Positions 1-12,623 of a stretch of DNA of 64,000 nt are shown piece after piece. The stretch lies in assembly GCA_965112735.1 (NCBI GenBank), contig OZ218952.1, forward strand, positions 4,526,001-4,590,000, given 5' to 3'. Each line of letters opens with the position of its first letter. Positions within the stretch are counted from its first letter, which is position 1. A program made the translations under genes and the position numbers. The notes below the pieces were generated by a model. It was not told the DNA's origin. It made no database searches and saw only the letters and a program-made list of their open reading frames with translations. This DNA comes from Phaeosaccion multiseriatum. Taxonomy: Eukaryota; Protista; Ochrophyta, other classes.

Positions 1-973
1 CGAAGCCGTTCGGAGTGGCCTCTAACTCCGCCACAACGTGCTTGAACCGCGGGGGGGCCGGAAACATCTTGTCCACGGTTAGACGTAGCGTGTCTCCGAT
101 CAGCGCCGTGAGCAGCTCTTCCAGTAAAGGGCAGGAGAACTCGAGGCACGGGTTGGAGTTAACCTCCAGTAACGTCACGTTGAGATTCGCATCGACCATA
201 AAGTCGTATCCGAAGAGCTCGAATCCGCACTTGCTGCCATCTGTGACTCTGCTGTGGCCCATATTCCTGCTGCTGGTGCTGCCCATGTGACTGGTGCTGC
301 TGATGGAGTGTTCCACCGCAGCGATAGACTGGGCCACAAGGCTCTGCATACGCGGCTGCAGCACCTCCCACACCCACCCACGCTGTTGCCCGTATGCCTG
401 CTCCTGCCCCTGACCCACGCAATGCTGCTGTTCCCCATATGACTGCTGCTGCGGCTCATGCAAATCGTCGAGATATCGCTGCAGTTCCTCCATGCTCATC
501 TGTCAGTGACCCCGGGGGGGAGGAGGGAGGGGAGGGAGGGAGGGTGGAAGCGTCAGGAGGGAAGGGAGTGAGAGGGGGGGGACAGGGGGGCGAGGGGAGG
601 GAGAGGAGGGAGGGGAGGGAGAAGAGGGAGAAGAGGGAGGGGAGGGAGAGGAAGAAGGGAGAGAGGGTGTATTCCAACGGGCTGTGTGCTGCCTTCCCTT
701 CCCTTCCCTTCCATTCCATTCCCTTCCCTACCTTATTTCCCGCCTCGAATTTGCCGTAACTGTCGCTCTTCTGCTGCACGGCATCGTTGGTGAGATGTAT
801 GCACCGATCTGTGAGCTTGCTCGGGTCTGTGGAGTACTTCTTCCCACTGAGGCGAACGTACTGGCGCTTGTACATGTACACACTTGGCCGACCACCGCCT
901 CCCGCCTTTCGACTCGGTACTGCTAGCACAAAGCACCTGAGGGAGTGTCCATCATCGGTCGATTGGTTTCACA

Positions 974-1038
<65 letters not shown>

Positions 1039-1868
1039 CCAGAGGAACAGAGGAGGGGGAGGGGGGGGGGGGGGGAGGGCGCATCTGATGAGGCGTCTTG
1101 ACTGTCTACTTGCCATACCGAGGGTCCCTTCCTTTCACCCTCCCCCCTCACACACCCCAGTCTCGATCCACCCCCACCCGCCCCTCTCTCCGTCTTACCG
1201 AATGTCAAACTTCCTCCCCTTGATGAGCAAAGGCCTTTCTAGGTACTTTTGTACAATCCAGCCGGGATGTGCGCTCTTCCTCCTCTTCTTCTTGTTCTTC
1301 TTCTTCCCCTTCCTCCTGTGGGCCTCCCTCTCCTCCCTCTCTCCTCCCCTGCCCCTGCTAGTACCTCTACTGCTTTCCCTTCTAACTACTTGTGCCTCTT
1401 GTACTGCGCCTCCGCCAAACACCCCATCGACCTTTCTCAGCAAGGCGTCTATGCCCGCGCACACCTCTATACCGTTGCCCCTGTTGGACATAGAGGCCGG
1501 CTTCAGAATCCAAAGAGGAGGGCACACGCCATCTACAACCCTGCTGCTGCTGCTGCTGCTGCTGCTGCTTCTGCCGCCGCTGCTGCTGCTACTGCTGATG
1601 TTGAGGCTATTCCTCGCCTTGAGTACGGCGTTGTTGTAGTTCAAGAGCGCCTCTCTGTCGTCGCCTCTGCCGTGTCCTTCGCCCCGGCAGAGGTTCGTCT
1701 CAGCTCCTATTGCAGGTCGAGCTTTTCCCTCCTCCTCTCCTTCACCTCCTGATCGCCGGCCCGAGAGTGAAGGTGAGATAGACGGTAAGCGTGCTTCCTC
1801 TTCTCCTACTGTTACTGCTGCTGCTGTTACGGCTTTCTCTGTTGCATTCCCAACTGCCGCCGCTGTCG

Positions 1869-1914
<46 letters not shown>

Positions 1915-2866
1915 GGCTGCTGCCGTCCTGAGGTAGAAGGTCGGAGGCACAATGGAGAACAAATCGTCTCCACTGCGGGCGCAGTACGCTCGGAGAGACT
2001 GAAAGAGGCCCTTTTTGGTCACCAATCCCTTGTTGAACTGCAGGTGGTTGATGGCCTGCTTTGTCGGCTTTCTCGCGCCACCCTGCGTGTGGAGAGATAG
2101 CAGCAGCAGGAACGTCAGGGAGAATGGAAGAAGAATGGGTAGAGCAGGAGCGCGTGAGTCGACTGACAGACACACAGGTAGGCAGCCAGTCAGAAGGACA
2201 GGGATAGAAAGGCAGATAGCAGACAGTCCCTAGACAGAGAGAGAAAGACATGTCAGAGAGAAAAAACACACCTGATCGTCGAAGAGAGTCTTGAAGCGAG
2301 AGGGGATGAGGTACATGTCCCAGATGAAGTTGCACGTGGAAAGGTCGGGCTTGCCTCGCTCGCCCCCCCGAGCGCAGCTTCCCCACCACGGCCGATCGCG
2401 CAGGGCCTTGAGGATTGCGCTAGAGTTGTTGCCCGGCAAAACCGCGTACTGGTGAGCGTGTTATAGGAAGCAAGAGGAGGATATCAGGTACAGGGGCATG
2501 CAGAGGAGGGGGGCGGGGGGTGGAGGATGCAGAGGAGGAGGAGGACGAGGAGGACGAGGAGGAGGAAGAGATGTGTTGTACGTGACGTACTTTGTAGCAG
2601 ACTGGCAGACTATGGTTCATCCGAGGCCGGCGCCTTCCACTCCCCAGTCGCCGCTGCGGCTCCCCGGCATCGGTCTCCCCCGCTCGTTTAGGCACCGGCA
2701 AGGAAAGGCGCCTGCTCAGCTCTCGGCTGCCCCCCCCGGCCTCCTTGAGGGAAACGCTGGTGCTCCTCTTCAAGAGCTTGCTCTTCTTTTCCTTTCTCCC
2801 TACCGGAAGGGAGGGGAGCTGCTGATGGCCAATTGCATCATGTGCTTCAGGCCCTGGGTCCTTCAT
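1..2866 (-). CDS. Tubulin-tyrosine ligase-like (TTLL) tubulin glycylase/glutamylase; 3' end runs off the window
   Basis: Exons ~2866-2591, 2448-2272, 2082-1199, 936-732, 499-<1 join in frame across GT-AG introns. TTL motifs: INHLQFNKGLVTKKGL, WILKPASMSNRGNGI, WIVQKYLERPLLIKGRKFDIR, HLTNDAVQ, FELFGYDFMVD..LLEVNSNP. Confidence 0.92.
988..1036. repeat. (CAT)n microsatellite in TTLL intron
   Basis: Direct reading of the tandem CAT run. Confidence 0.9.
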
Positions 2867-3074
2867 CCAACTCTAGAGGCTTCTGTCAGTGGGGGGATGA
2901 TTCTCACAGTTACGGAAATTGCTTGGGCCTGGGCCGTAGTGCTTGGGCTGGCGTAACAGGCCTTTGTTTGACTTTATTTTGTGCTGTGCCATGCGAAAGG
3001 CGGAGCGAACGTAGCACTAGAAGAGAGAAGGGAGGGGAGAGCCCCCGGCACGAGTAGTAGCACAGGTTTGCAAG

Positions 3075-4120
3075 ATGAAGAGGCGGAGAGCTAAGGGGAC
3101 GCCCAGCGCGAGAGAGCGTCGCCAGCTCCTGGCTGGGGCGCTGGCTGCCGTGCTGGCGCTGTCAGGGACGGTCGGGGTGGATGCACTGCAGCAGGAGGAG
3201 GTGCTGGTGGGGCTCTACAACGCGACGGGTGGGCCACAGGGGCTGTGGCGCAATGATTCGGGCTGGAGGGGGGCCTACGCGGGGGACGGGGACACGCTTT
3301 CGACGTGCAGGTGGTACGGCGTGGTCTGTACAAGTAGCAGTGGTCTGTCGGGAAACGTCACGGAGATATGGCTGCGCGACAACGGCTTGGTAGGCGATTT
3401 AGACTCGGCGCTGACGACATCAGGTTTCGCAGACTTGACAGCACTTGAAGCGCTGGACTTGTCGAGGAATGACCTCAGTGGAGAGCTGTCCTTGACCCTG
3501 GCAACGATGGACAGTCTTAAGTCAATCAACTTGGCCGGCAATAAGCTGACATCAATACCGGACGGGTGGGGGGGGAATGCCTCCGACCCTTCTTCGGGCA
3601 CTGGTGACACCAGTGCCACCGCCCTGGAGCACCTGGTTCTCACCTCCAACAGCATCTCCGGGCAGCTCCCCGCATCCTGGCTAGCTGTGCAAGACGCTGA
3701 TGCCTCCCAGCTACTACATCAGAGGGCGAACAGCTCCGTGCTTTCCTCGCTTCGATCGCTGCTGCTCGGCAACAACAACCTTACTCAGTCGGCCTACCAA
3801 GCGCTGCAGTCCGTGCTGACGTTGAGTGCCATCCAAACACTCGACCTCAGCAGCAACAACCTCTACGGCCCCATTGTGAACTGCTTCGTCCTGCAAGTCT
3901 GCGAGGATTGGAGTGACTGCTCCTCCACCACAACTTGGTTCGGAGGGGAGAGGCTGAGCCTCTTGCGTCTGGCGGACAACGCGCTGAATGAGTCCTTGCC
4001 CTCCGAGGGGCTTCCCTCCTCCCTTGCCGTGCTTGACATGTCCGAAAACGCCTTCTCTGGGCCGCTGCCAAAAGACTATTCCCTCCTACTGGTGCTTCAC
4101 GTCGACGGCAATAGCCAACT

Positions 4121-4153
<33 letters not shown>

Positions 4154-7100
4154 GGAGGTTTCCAACAGCAGCAGCACTTCTCCCGCTACATATGGAAACT
4201 ACAGCTGCCCCTCCATCGTCGCGGCTGCTGGGGTATCAGAGGGCATGCATCTGAGCTTGGACCCGTCGTACCTCGCCTTCGAACATTGCTCCTGCTCGGC
4301 TGGGCAGCAGCGCTCCTCAGACTCCTCCGATTGCGAACCTTGCCCCCTGGGGACGTATCGATCTAATGCAGCGGCTTCGAATGAGTGCTCAGCCTGCCCG
4401 CTGGGGTCCACCACAGCCTCCACGGTAAGTGAGAGAGACTGATGAGAGACTGAAGGGAGCTGTGGTTGAGTAGTGGGAGGCAGGGGAGACCTTTGTCCCC
4501 CCCCGTTCATGATCTTCTTCGCTCCTTAGGGTGCCATCGCCGTGCCCTACGCCCCGCCTAGCGTTGTCCCACTCCCATCCACGCACACACACACCCACGC
4601 ACCCACCTTTGGCATTGCTCTTCCTGTTTATTATCTTTCACTCCCTCTGTAGGGTGCCATCGGCGTCTCCGAGTGTCTGTGCCCTCCCTCGACGTACCTC
4701 TCCGTCTCCCTCGATGGCAGTCAATGCGCGGCGTGCCCTGCCTTCTCAAACCACTCCTGGACCGGGGCTGCAGACGTCAGCGCCTGCCAGTGCAGCACCG
4801 GCCGATTCCTCAACGAGACAGTTGGTGATTCAGCAGCAGTGTGCCAAGAGTGCCCCCAGGGTACCTACAAGAGCGGGGAGGGCAACGCCGTGGAGCTGTG
4901 CCAACAGTGTCCCCCGGGCTTCATCTCAACAGCCACAGGCGCAACGAGCAGCTCGGTTTGCGTTCCCTGCCCCGCCGGTGCGTACAGACCGAACGACGCA
5001 TCTGCTGCCATCTGCAAGCTCTGCCCTGCAGGGACATACTCGGAGGTCGAAGGGGCCGTATCTGCCAGCCTGTGTGTAGACTGTCCGGCCGGATTCTACT
5101 CATCGCAGGAGGGGGCGGGCAACAGAACGACGACGTGCGAGGCGTGTCCTGCCAACACCTTCTCATCTGAGGCGGGGCAAGTGTCAAGTGCTGCTTGTGA
5201 GGAGTGCGACTTGGGCTTCTTCTCGGACAGTGGGAGTTTCACTTGCACGCAGGAGATTGGCAATGGCCGCAAGATGCTGATGGTGTATCTGATTGTTGGG
5301 GTGTCTACGTTTACCTGCATTCTGCTTTTTATCGGCATTGGCACCAAGGGGGGTGAGTGAGTGAGTGAGTGAGTGAGGGGGGGGTGATTGAGTGAGTGAG
5401 TGAGTGAGAGGGGGTGAGTGAGTGAGTCAGTGAAGGGTGGAGAGAGACGAGAGGGAGAGGTGGGAGAAGAGACGAAAAGCAGATGAAAGTGGGAGACGGG
5501 GGAGAGAAGAGAGGGAGGGAGAAAGAGCGAGAGAGAGAGAGACGGAAGAGAGAGTGCCCTCATCCTCCTCCCTCCCACCTTCCCCCTCCTCACCCCCTCC
5601 CCACCCTCCCCCTCCTCCCCAGTGGTCAAGAAGGACAAGGCTGATGTGCGCCTTCTGGTGCCATACATGATGGCGCGTGCCAAACACCGTGCCGTCATGT
5701 GGGCAATCTTCTTCCACACACTCGAGGCTCTTGATCTCCTCATTGGCTTTGCCCTCTTCATCTACCTTATGGACCACGACCTGGTGTCAGGTAATCTTAC
5801 GGTTTCAGTTGCAGGGGGCAAGGAAGAACGGTAGCAGGTGTCAAAACAGCAGTGCTGGCTCTATCACTCTTTCAATATCGATCCGATTTTATGTCGAAGG
5901 TAGAGAGATGGATTCGATCCGCAAATTGCGACTCCATATCGAAGACAGCTTATCGATCCGAATATCTGTATCGCTGTTGCTTCTCCTCTGGTTGTGTCAG
6001 GCCTTGCGCTGGTGCTCTACTGCTGTGCCGTGACTGTCGGTCTGCTGCTGACGGTGTATCGCCTCTATCGAGTCATATGGGCACAGTGCTGCCTGCGGAC
6101 TGTCTGGGTGGAGAAGACGCATGTCGAGAAGACAGGGTGAGTGAGTGAGTAAGTGAGTGAGTGAGGGAGGGAGGGAGTGAGTGAGGGAGGGAGTGAGTGA
6201 GTGAGTGTGCAAGTGAGTGAGTGAGTGAGTGAGTAAGGGAGGGGAGGAGGAGAGAAGAAAGGATTGAGCGAGGGAGGGAGTAAGTAAGTAAGTGAGTGAG
6301 TGAGTGAGTGAGTGAGTGAGTGAGTGAGATCTGAACTGAACTCGCTCCCCCCTCCCACTCCCCCCCACCCATCACCCACCCACCCACCTACCTACCCACC
6401 CACCCACCCAACCCACCCTACCTACACCCACAACACACCTTCCCGTATCACCCATCTGCTGCCATCCATCTGCGTCACCCCATCCGCTGCCATCCACTGC
6501 GTCACCCCATCCGCTGCCATCCACTGCGTCACCCATCTGCTGCCATCCACTGCGTCACCCCATCCGCTGCCATCCATCTGTGTCACCCCATTGTACAGCA
6601 AAACGTCCATCACCACCTTCTCCGATCCCAACGCGAAGCGATCAAGGCAAGAGCTGCACCCGGCGGACTCACAGTTGGTGGTCGAATTGGTCAAGATACT
6701 CAAACATCTCAATGTTAACAAGTTTAAAGTGCAGATTTGCGTGGTGATGGACATTCCGCTCACGGTGCTCAACCTCTACATTCTGTTGGCTGTGAGGAGC
6801 AGTCTCATTGAGGTGAGAGTGTGTACGTACGTGCGTCAGTCTGTCATTCTGTCTGTCTGCCTGTCTTTCTGTGTGTGCGTTGTATATGTGTGTGCGTGCG
6901 CGGAAACACAAACGACCCCCTCCTCTCTCTCCTCTCCTCCCCCCCTCCTATCTCCCCTCTCCTCCCCAGAACCCCATCTTTCTCTCCTCCCTCGTCATCG
7001 CAGTGTTCAGTGCGGGTAAGGTGAGCACGCTGATTGAGTACCACTTGGAACTAAGGCAGCGAAAGTACAAACTCGACAGGCTACTCGAGACGGAGATGGC

Positions 7101-7155
7101 TGCGGAAGATGCAAGCAAGGAGCCGCCGGCCAACGTCACCTACACAGAGAGCTAA
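3075..7155 (+). CDS. LRR receptor-like protein: signal peptide, plant-type LRRs, Cys-rich (GCC2/GCC3, TNFR-like) repeats, about 5 C-terminal TM helices
   Basis: Exons ~3075-4424, 4653-5352, 5622-5790, 6001-6136, ~6599-6812, ~6970-7155. LRR N-cap (LVGLYNATGG..W..CRWYGVVC), LxxLxLxxNxLxG repeats, CxxCPxGTY repeats, and hydrophobic segments in the last exons. No kinase domain. Confidence 0.85.
6449..6590. repeat. ~26-bp intronic minisatellite (CACCCATCCGCTGCCATCCACTGCGT-like), 5-6 copies
   Basis: Tandem degenerate copies read directly in the LRR gene intron. Confidence 0.85.
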
Positions 7156-7322
7156 GCAGACTGACAGAGAGAGAGGGACAACCCACTGCACAAAAGTGTA
7201 AACACCACGGACCAAAATCATTTATAATGCGTAATAAGATGTCTATACTTCCTTTTGTGTTCTAATACATACACATGGATGCAAAATGCAAATGTAAACG
7301 GGGGTGGGGCGGGCGCGGGCCT

Positions 7323-10300
7323 TCACAGCCCGCCGGAGGCCTGCTTCCACGCCTTGACTAACTTGAGGGGGCGGCAGCGCATCACCCTACCCGCACTAAC
7401 ACTACTACTATTACTATTCTTCTTCTCCTGCTGCTGCTCGTTCTCTTGCCCCTGCCCCTCGTGCCCGTGCTGTGTCACCAACCGCTGCTCCTCCTCCACT
7501 AATGCGTACTTTGCCACGCGCCCTGCTGCTGCTGCTGCTGCTGTATCACCAACTGCTGCACCGTCCCCACTCTCCCCCGCCTGCCGAGCAACAAGCACTA
7601 GTCCATCCTTGTGTAGCCACGAGAGGTGCCGGTCCAGCGCGAAGATGCTCACAGCCTCTGCTGCTGCTGCTGCTCCTCCTCCTCCTCCTCCTCCTCCTCC
7701 TCCTCCTCCCCCGCTCAGCTCGTCCTTCTGTACATCCTTCAACACGGCTCTCTGCACATCTGCCAGCAGCTCCAGCGCACTCAGGGGGCGAGTGGCTCGC
7801 CCCAGCGCTCTCAGCACCAGGCCTCGCAGACGAAGCTCCTCAGAGTAGGTGTTACCCTCACTGCTACCGCCACCACTGCTACTGCTGCCACGGGTGCTAC
7901 CGCCATTGGCGCTTTTGCTGCTGCTACCGCTGTTGCTGCTGCTGCCACTGTTGCTACCGTTGCTCGTTATGCTCTTGCTCTTGCTCTTACCGGAGGACCA
8001 CATCGCCACCGCTGTCGCCAAGAGAGAGCCCCCCAGGGGCTGATACATGGAGCTCTTGCAGGGCTGAGAGTGTTGGTACACAGAGCTCTTGGCATACCCT
8101 TCGATCATTCGCGGAGGAGGGGGGGTCTCATCCTCGTCCTCGTCCTCCTCCTCTTCTTGCTGGTCATCAACACCATTGCTATGACTGTTGCTGCCATTGC
8201 CGTTGATCATACTGCTGCCGCCGCTGCTGCTACTACCACCAACCCCATTCGGCAGAGGTGCCGCCATACTCCCCCCTCCGCCTCCGTTGGCGAGGGGCAT
8301 AATGGGGGTGGAAAATAGACTGCTGGTAGCACTCGACGCCCCCGCTTCGGCGTACGCGGCCTTGACCTTCCCGTCACTTGCAAAGATAAGCTCCCGGTAG
8401 CTCTGCCTCCCGTTGCCTTTTATCACCTTGCCTCGCATGATGTAACTCGCCCTGGGTCCTCCCTCTCCTCCTCCTCCTCCTGCTCCCCCTCCTCCTCCCC
8501 CTCCTCCTCCCCCTCCTCCCCCCGCCGCCTTGGGATCATCCTCAAGCGTGTCCTGCTCTTCCGCCGTAGAGCACGAAGCGTAGTCCTGGCTCCACGTGTT
8601 CATGCTGCAATACCATTTGTCAGGCAAGTCCTCAGGATCAAGGCCAGGAGGCAGCTTGCGCCACTTCTTACAATGCTTGCGGTCACACTGCACCCACTTG
8701 ATCTCGTTCTTCTTCGTCGAGTTGGTCGTCACCTTACTCTTGTTGGATGCTGCTGATCCCGATGCTGATGCGGATGCCGAGGATGCCGGCGCCAGCATGC
8801 TTTGCTGCCCCTCCGGGTCCGGTGTCGCAGCCCGTCCACTGCCATCCCCTGAAGCCGCGCCACCACTGCCTCCTAGGGCGCCCCCACTTGCACCAGTGAT
8901 GATCAAATTGCTCTCAGAACCCCGCCTCCTCTTGGTTCCGCTGCGCTGCTCCACAACACCGCTGCTTCCCTGGCTATGAAGGCCTGGACTTGCTGGTGCT
9001 GCTGCTGCTTCCTGGCTACGCTTCCCACCCTTGCTGCTGCCCCCCGCCCCCGACTTTGCTCCTCCTCCTCCTCCTCCTCCTCCTCCCCCTCCTGTGGTGA
9101 TATCATCCTCCGGGACATCGCACGTTGGGTGCGGCCCCATCCAAGTCGACATGTTGCAGTACCAGGTGTCAGGCAGCTTATCAATGTCCACCCCAGCCGA
9201 GGGCGGTACCCTCCTCCACTTCTGACAGCTCTTGTGCTCGCATTGGACCCACGCCTCCTCTGGCAGCGCACCAGCCACCTCCTCTTCTGCCTCCTCCGCG
9301 TGTTGGTCATACGCCGTCGTCGACAGCTTGGAGGGACTCAGCTCTTTCGGGGCCTCAAACTTGAGCCCGGCAAGCTCTCGGCTCATAGCCCTCGGTTTGT
9401 GACTCGGTTTGGGCTTCCCACCTCCTTCCTTATCCCCCTTCTCTTTCTTCTTCTCTTCCTTCACCTTCTCTGCTGTATCACCAACTGCTGCTGCTGCTTC
9501 TGCGCCCTCTTGCTGCCCGGCCCCCGACGCCGCCCTGTCCCTGTCCTGCCCCCCTCCTTCCTCCTCCTCTTCCATCTCATCCACCTCCTTCTCCCCGCCC
9601 TTCCCCTCCATGTCGCCCCCTTCTTTGGATGCGGCCTGCGGCTGCTGAGGACTAGCCAATCCCGACACTGTCTTGGATTGCCTTTGTGGCTTCTGGTGCT
9701 TCTGCTTCTTCTGAGGCGGTGGCTGTGGCTGCGACCCCCCGCCAGGTGAGTGCGGCTTCTGCTGCTCCCCCGCAAGTCTTGGACTGGGGACCTTCTTCTT
9801 TTCCAACCCTCCCCGTGCCCTCTGCTCGCCTGTCGCTGCTGCTCCTGCTGCTGTTGCTGCTGTGACTTCCGCTTCTGGATGTGCTGCATCGTCTAGAGGG
9901 CGCTTCTTGCCGCTCTTTCCTCCTCCCGAGGAAGAAGGCTCCTTCCCCTTCCCTTGTGGCGTCTTTTCTCGTAACTCACCATCCATGGCCCCCGACGCCC
10001 CCGCTGCAGGTGTAGCAGCAGCAGCTGCTGCTGCCCAGCTCCCCCCAGCAGGCTCCTCCTTGGAAGGCTTGGCCACACCAACCCCCGCTTGCTCCTCAGG
10101 GGCCGTGCACACATTGTGGGCCTTGTCCCAGCGGTTGTCACGGCACACCCAGCGCTCAGGCAGGTCGTCGGGGTTGACATTACTGGGCAGTCGTCGCCAT
10201 TTGTCACACTTGTCACATTGCACCCAGGGGCACTCCGCTGTTTCCACATCCACATCCTCCGGCATCGTGGTCGCAGAAGGAGCGGCAGCAGCCGTAGCAG

Positions 10301-12591
10301 TATCTTCTACCTCATCCCCCATCTCTCTCTCTGCCTCCTCCGAGTCTTCATTCGCCGACCCTCCTTCGTCCATCGCTGATGGGACCTCCGCATCCGCATC
10401 TGCTTCCACCACTTGCTCGCCGCCGCTGCCGTCACCTTCACCCTCCTCGTCCTTAGTGGTCGCCGAAGCCTCAACCACCGCTTCTTCCGCCTTTGTCGTG
10501 TCCTCACTGAGCCCCACTCTCTTGACGCTCGCAGCAGCACCAGCCTTCAGGGGCAAACCCACACTACCCACTGGTGGTTCGTTGTCCTTTCCGACCTCAT
10601 TCTCCTCCTTCTCCTCGCCCCCCTCCCCCTCCTCCTTCGCAGACTTCAACGATCCCACCTCCTCTTCCCGAGTCTCGTCTTTCCCCTTCTCCTCCTTCCC
10701 ATCCTTCTCCTCCTCACCTCCCTCCCCCTCCTTGACCTCACTCCTCTCCTCCTCCTCCTCTTCCTCCAACACCAAATCCTGCATCTTACCCCTCGTCTTC
10801 TTCTCCATTGGTGTAGGCAAAGGACGCTTGTGGCCCTTCCTACCGCCACCGCTGCTACTGCTACCCGTACGCCCACGCTCTTCCTCTTCGTCTCCTCCTC
10901 GCAGCAAAGAGCTACTCGACGAAGCCCTCTTGGGTCTAGGTGAGGAGGAAGACGAAGAGGAGGGGGTGCCTTCTCCTCCTCCTTCTCCTCCTTCTCCTCC
11001 TCCTCCTCCTCCTGTGCCTGTCTGCTGAAGAACTTGTTGCCTTTGCCGCTGCATGAATCGATCGGACTCCATGCTGGGTTGGAAGCGTGCCACGCTCTTT
11101 CTCTGGCGCCCGTGCACTCCTCCTCCTCCTCCTGCTGCTGCTGCTGCTGCTGCACCACCACTACCACCATCTGCGCCTTCTACCGCTAGTGCCTTTGTCT
11201 CCTGGCTGGGGGTCCGCGGTGTGCCGGCGGAGTGCTTCTTCCGCCCTTCTCGGGGTTCTCGGGGGGTGTACTTGCCCTCTGTCTGCCCGGCGTACCCCTC
11301 CTTCTCAGCGCCTGCTGTGGGGAGCTTGATCGATAGTTTCTTCCCCCCGTCCCCGCTGCTTTTTTGACCGGGTGCGGCCGCGTGTGGGCTCTTTGGCCGC
11401 TGCTTCTCAGTCTGCTGCGTGATGTCCTCTCCTTTGCCCTCATCCTTCTCTTCCTGCTGATCCTGCTCCTCTCCTTCCTCCTCCTTATTCTTCTGCTGCT
11501 GGCGGATCAGCTCTTCCTTCGACTCAGTGCCCATGTTCTTGTCGTCCGCCCCCTGCCCAACCGCCAAGCCTTGCGTCTGAGGCACATCCGTGGCCGAACC
11601 TCGCTCCTCCGTCCCTGGCCCACCCCCCCCCTTCAAGGCCTCTGCTCCCTCCTTCGCTCTAGTTCCTCCTCCGTCGTTCTCGGCGCCGGCCTTGAGACTC
11701 TTCTTCGTGGATTTTGATGTGCCTTTTCCCTCAACAGCTGCTGCTGCTGCCGCCGGCTCTTCCGGCCGACTCTTGGCCCCCTTCCCCAGCTCCTCGTCCT
11801 CCTCCTTCTTTTTCTTCTTCTTCTTTTTCTTCTTCTTCTTCTCCTCCTTCCGCAGTTCCGACTCTTGCTCTCGGCCCTTCCTTTCCCTATCGCCGGTGGA
11901 TTCTTTTGGACTCGTCTCCACAGCCTCTTCATCGTCGCCTATACATGTCTTCTCTTTCCTGTGCCCCTCCTGCCCTTGTTCCTGCTCTTGCTGCTGCTCC
12001 TCCTCCTCCTCCTCCTCCTCCTCCTCCTTCTTCTTCTCCCATCCCTTTCGCCCCCGCGTCCCGTCCCTACCCTCTTGGTCGTCTCGTTGATAGCCGCCCA
12101 TGTGCCCTCCTTCCGAGCCCTCACGCCCAGCAGCTTCGCGAGCTGATGGTCCTTTCCCTCCTCCTACGCCAACCTCCTCGTCACGCGTCAGCTCCACCTC
12201 ACGGCCTCCAGGCACACCTTCGTCCTTTCTACTCGGACCCATCTCCCCTTCCCCACCTGTCACTGCTATATTCGCATCCTTCTTTGCTTGTTCTTCCTCT
12301 TCTTTTCCGTCTCGTTTCTCCTCATTCTCTTGTCCCTCCTTCTCCTTCTCCTGATTCCTGCCCTCGTTGCCCATTCCTTCCTTTCCCTTCTCCAAGCTCT
12401 CTTGTTTTACCCCCTCCGACCCACCCTTCCCTGCCTCATGTCCTTTCTGACTCCCTTCGTCCAGTTCCACCGGGGTCACCTCCCCTTTCGAGCTCCTCCT
12501 CCTCTTCTTCCCCTTCTTCCCTCCACCTGCTACCGTGCCGCTGCCCTCCTTCTGCAATCCTTTCGAACATGATGATGATGATGATGATGAC

Positions 12592-12623
<32 letters not shown>

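Noticed and set aside
2866-2992. In-frame ATG at 2992 separated from the TTLL ORF by one TAG (possible read-through or alternative code)
   Set aside because: Other genes here use TAG as a normal stop and the upstream peptide has no recognisable motif; a uORF or chance is more likely.
5870-5965. Repeated TATCGATCCG motifs in an LRR gene intron
   Set aside because: Only short direct repeats with no TIR or TSD found; too little evidence for an element.
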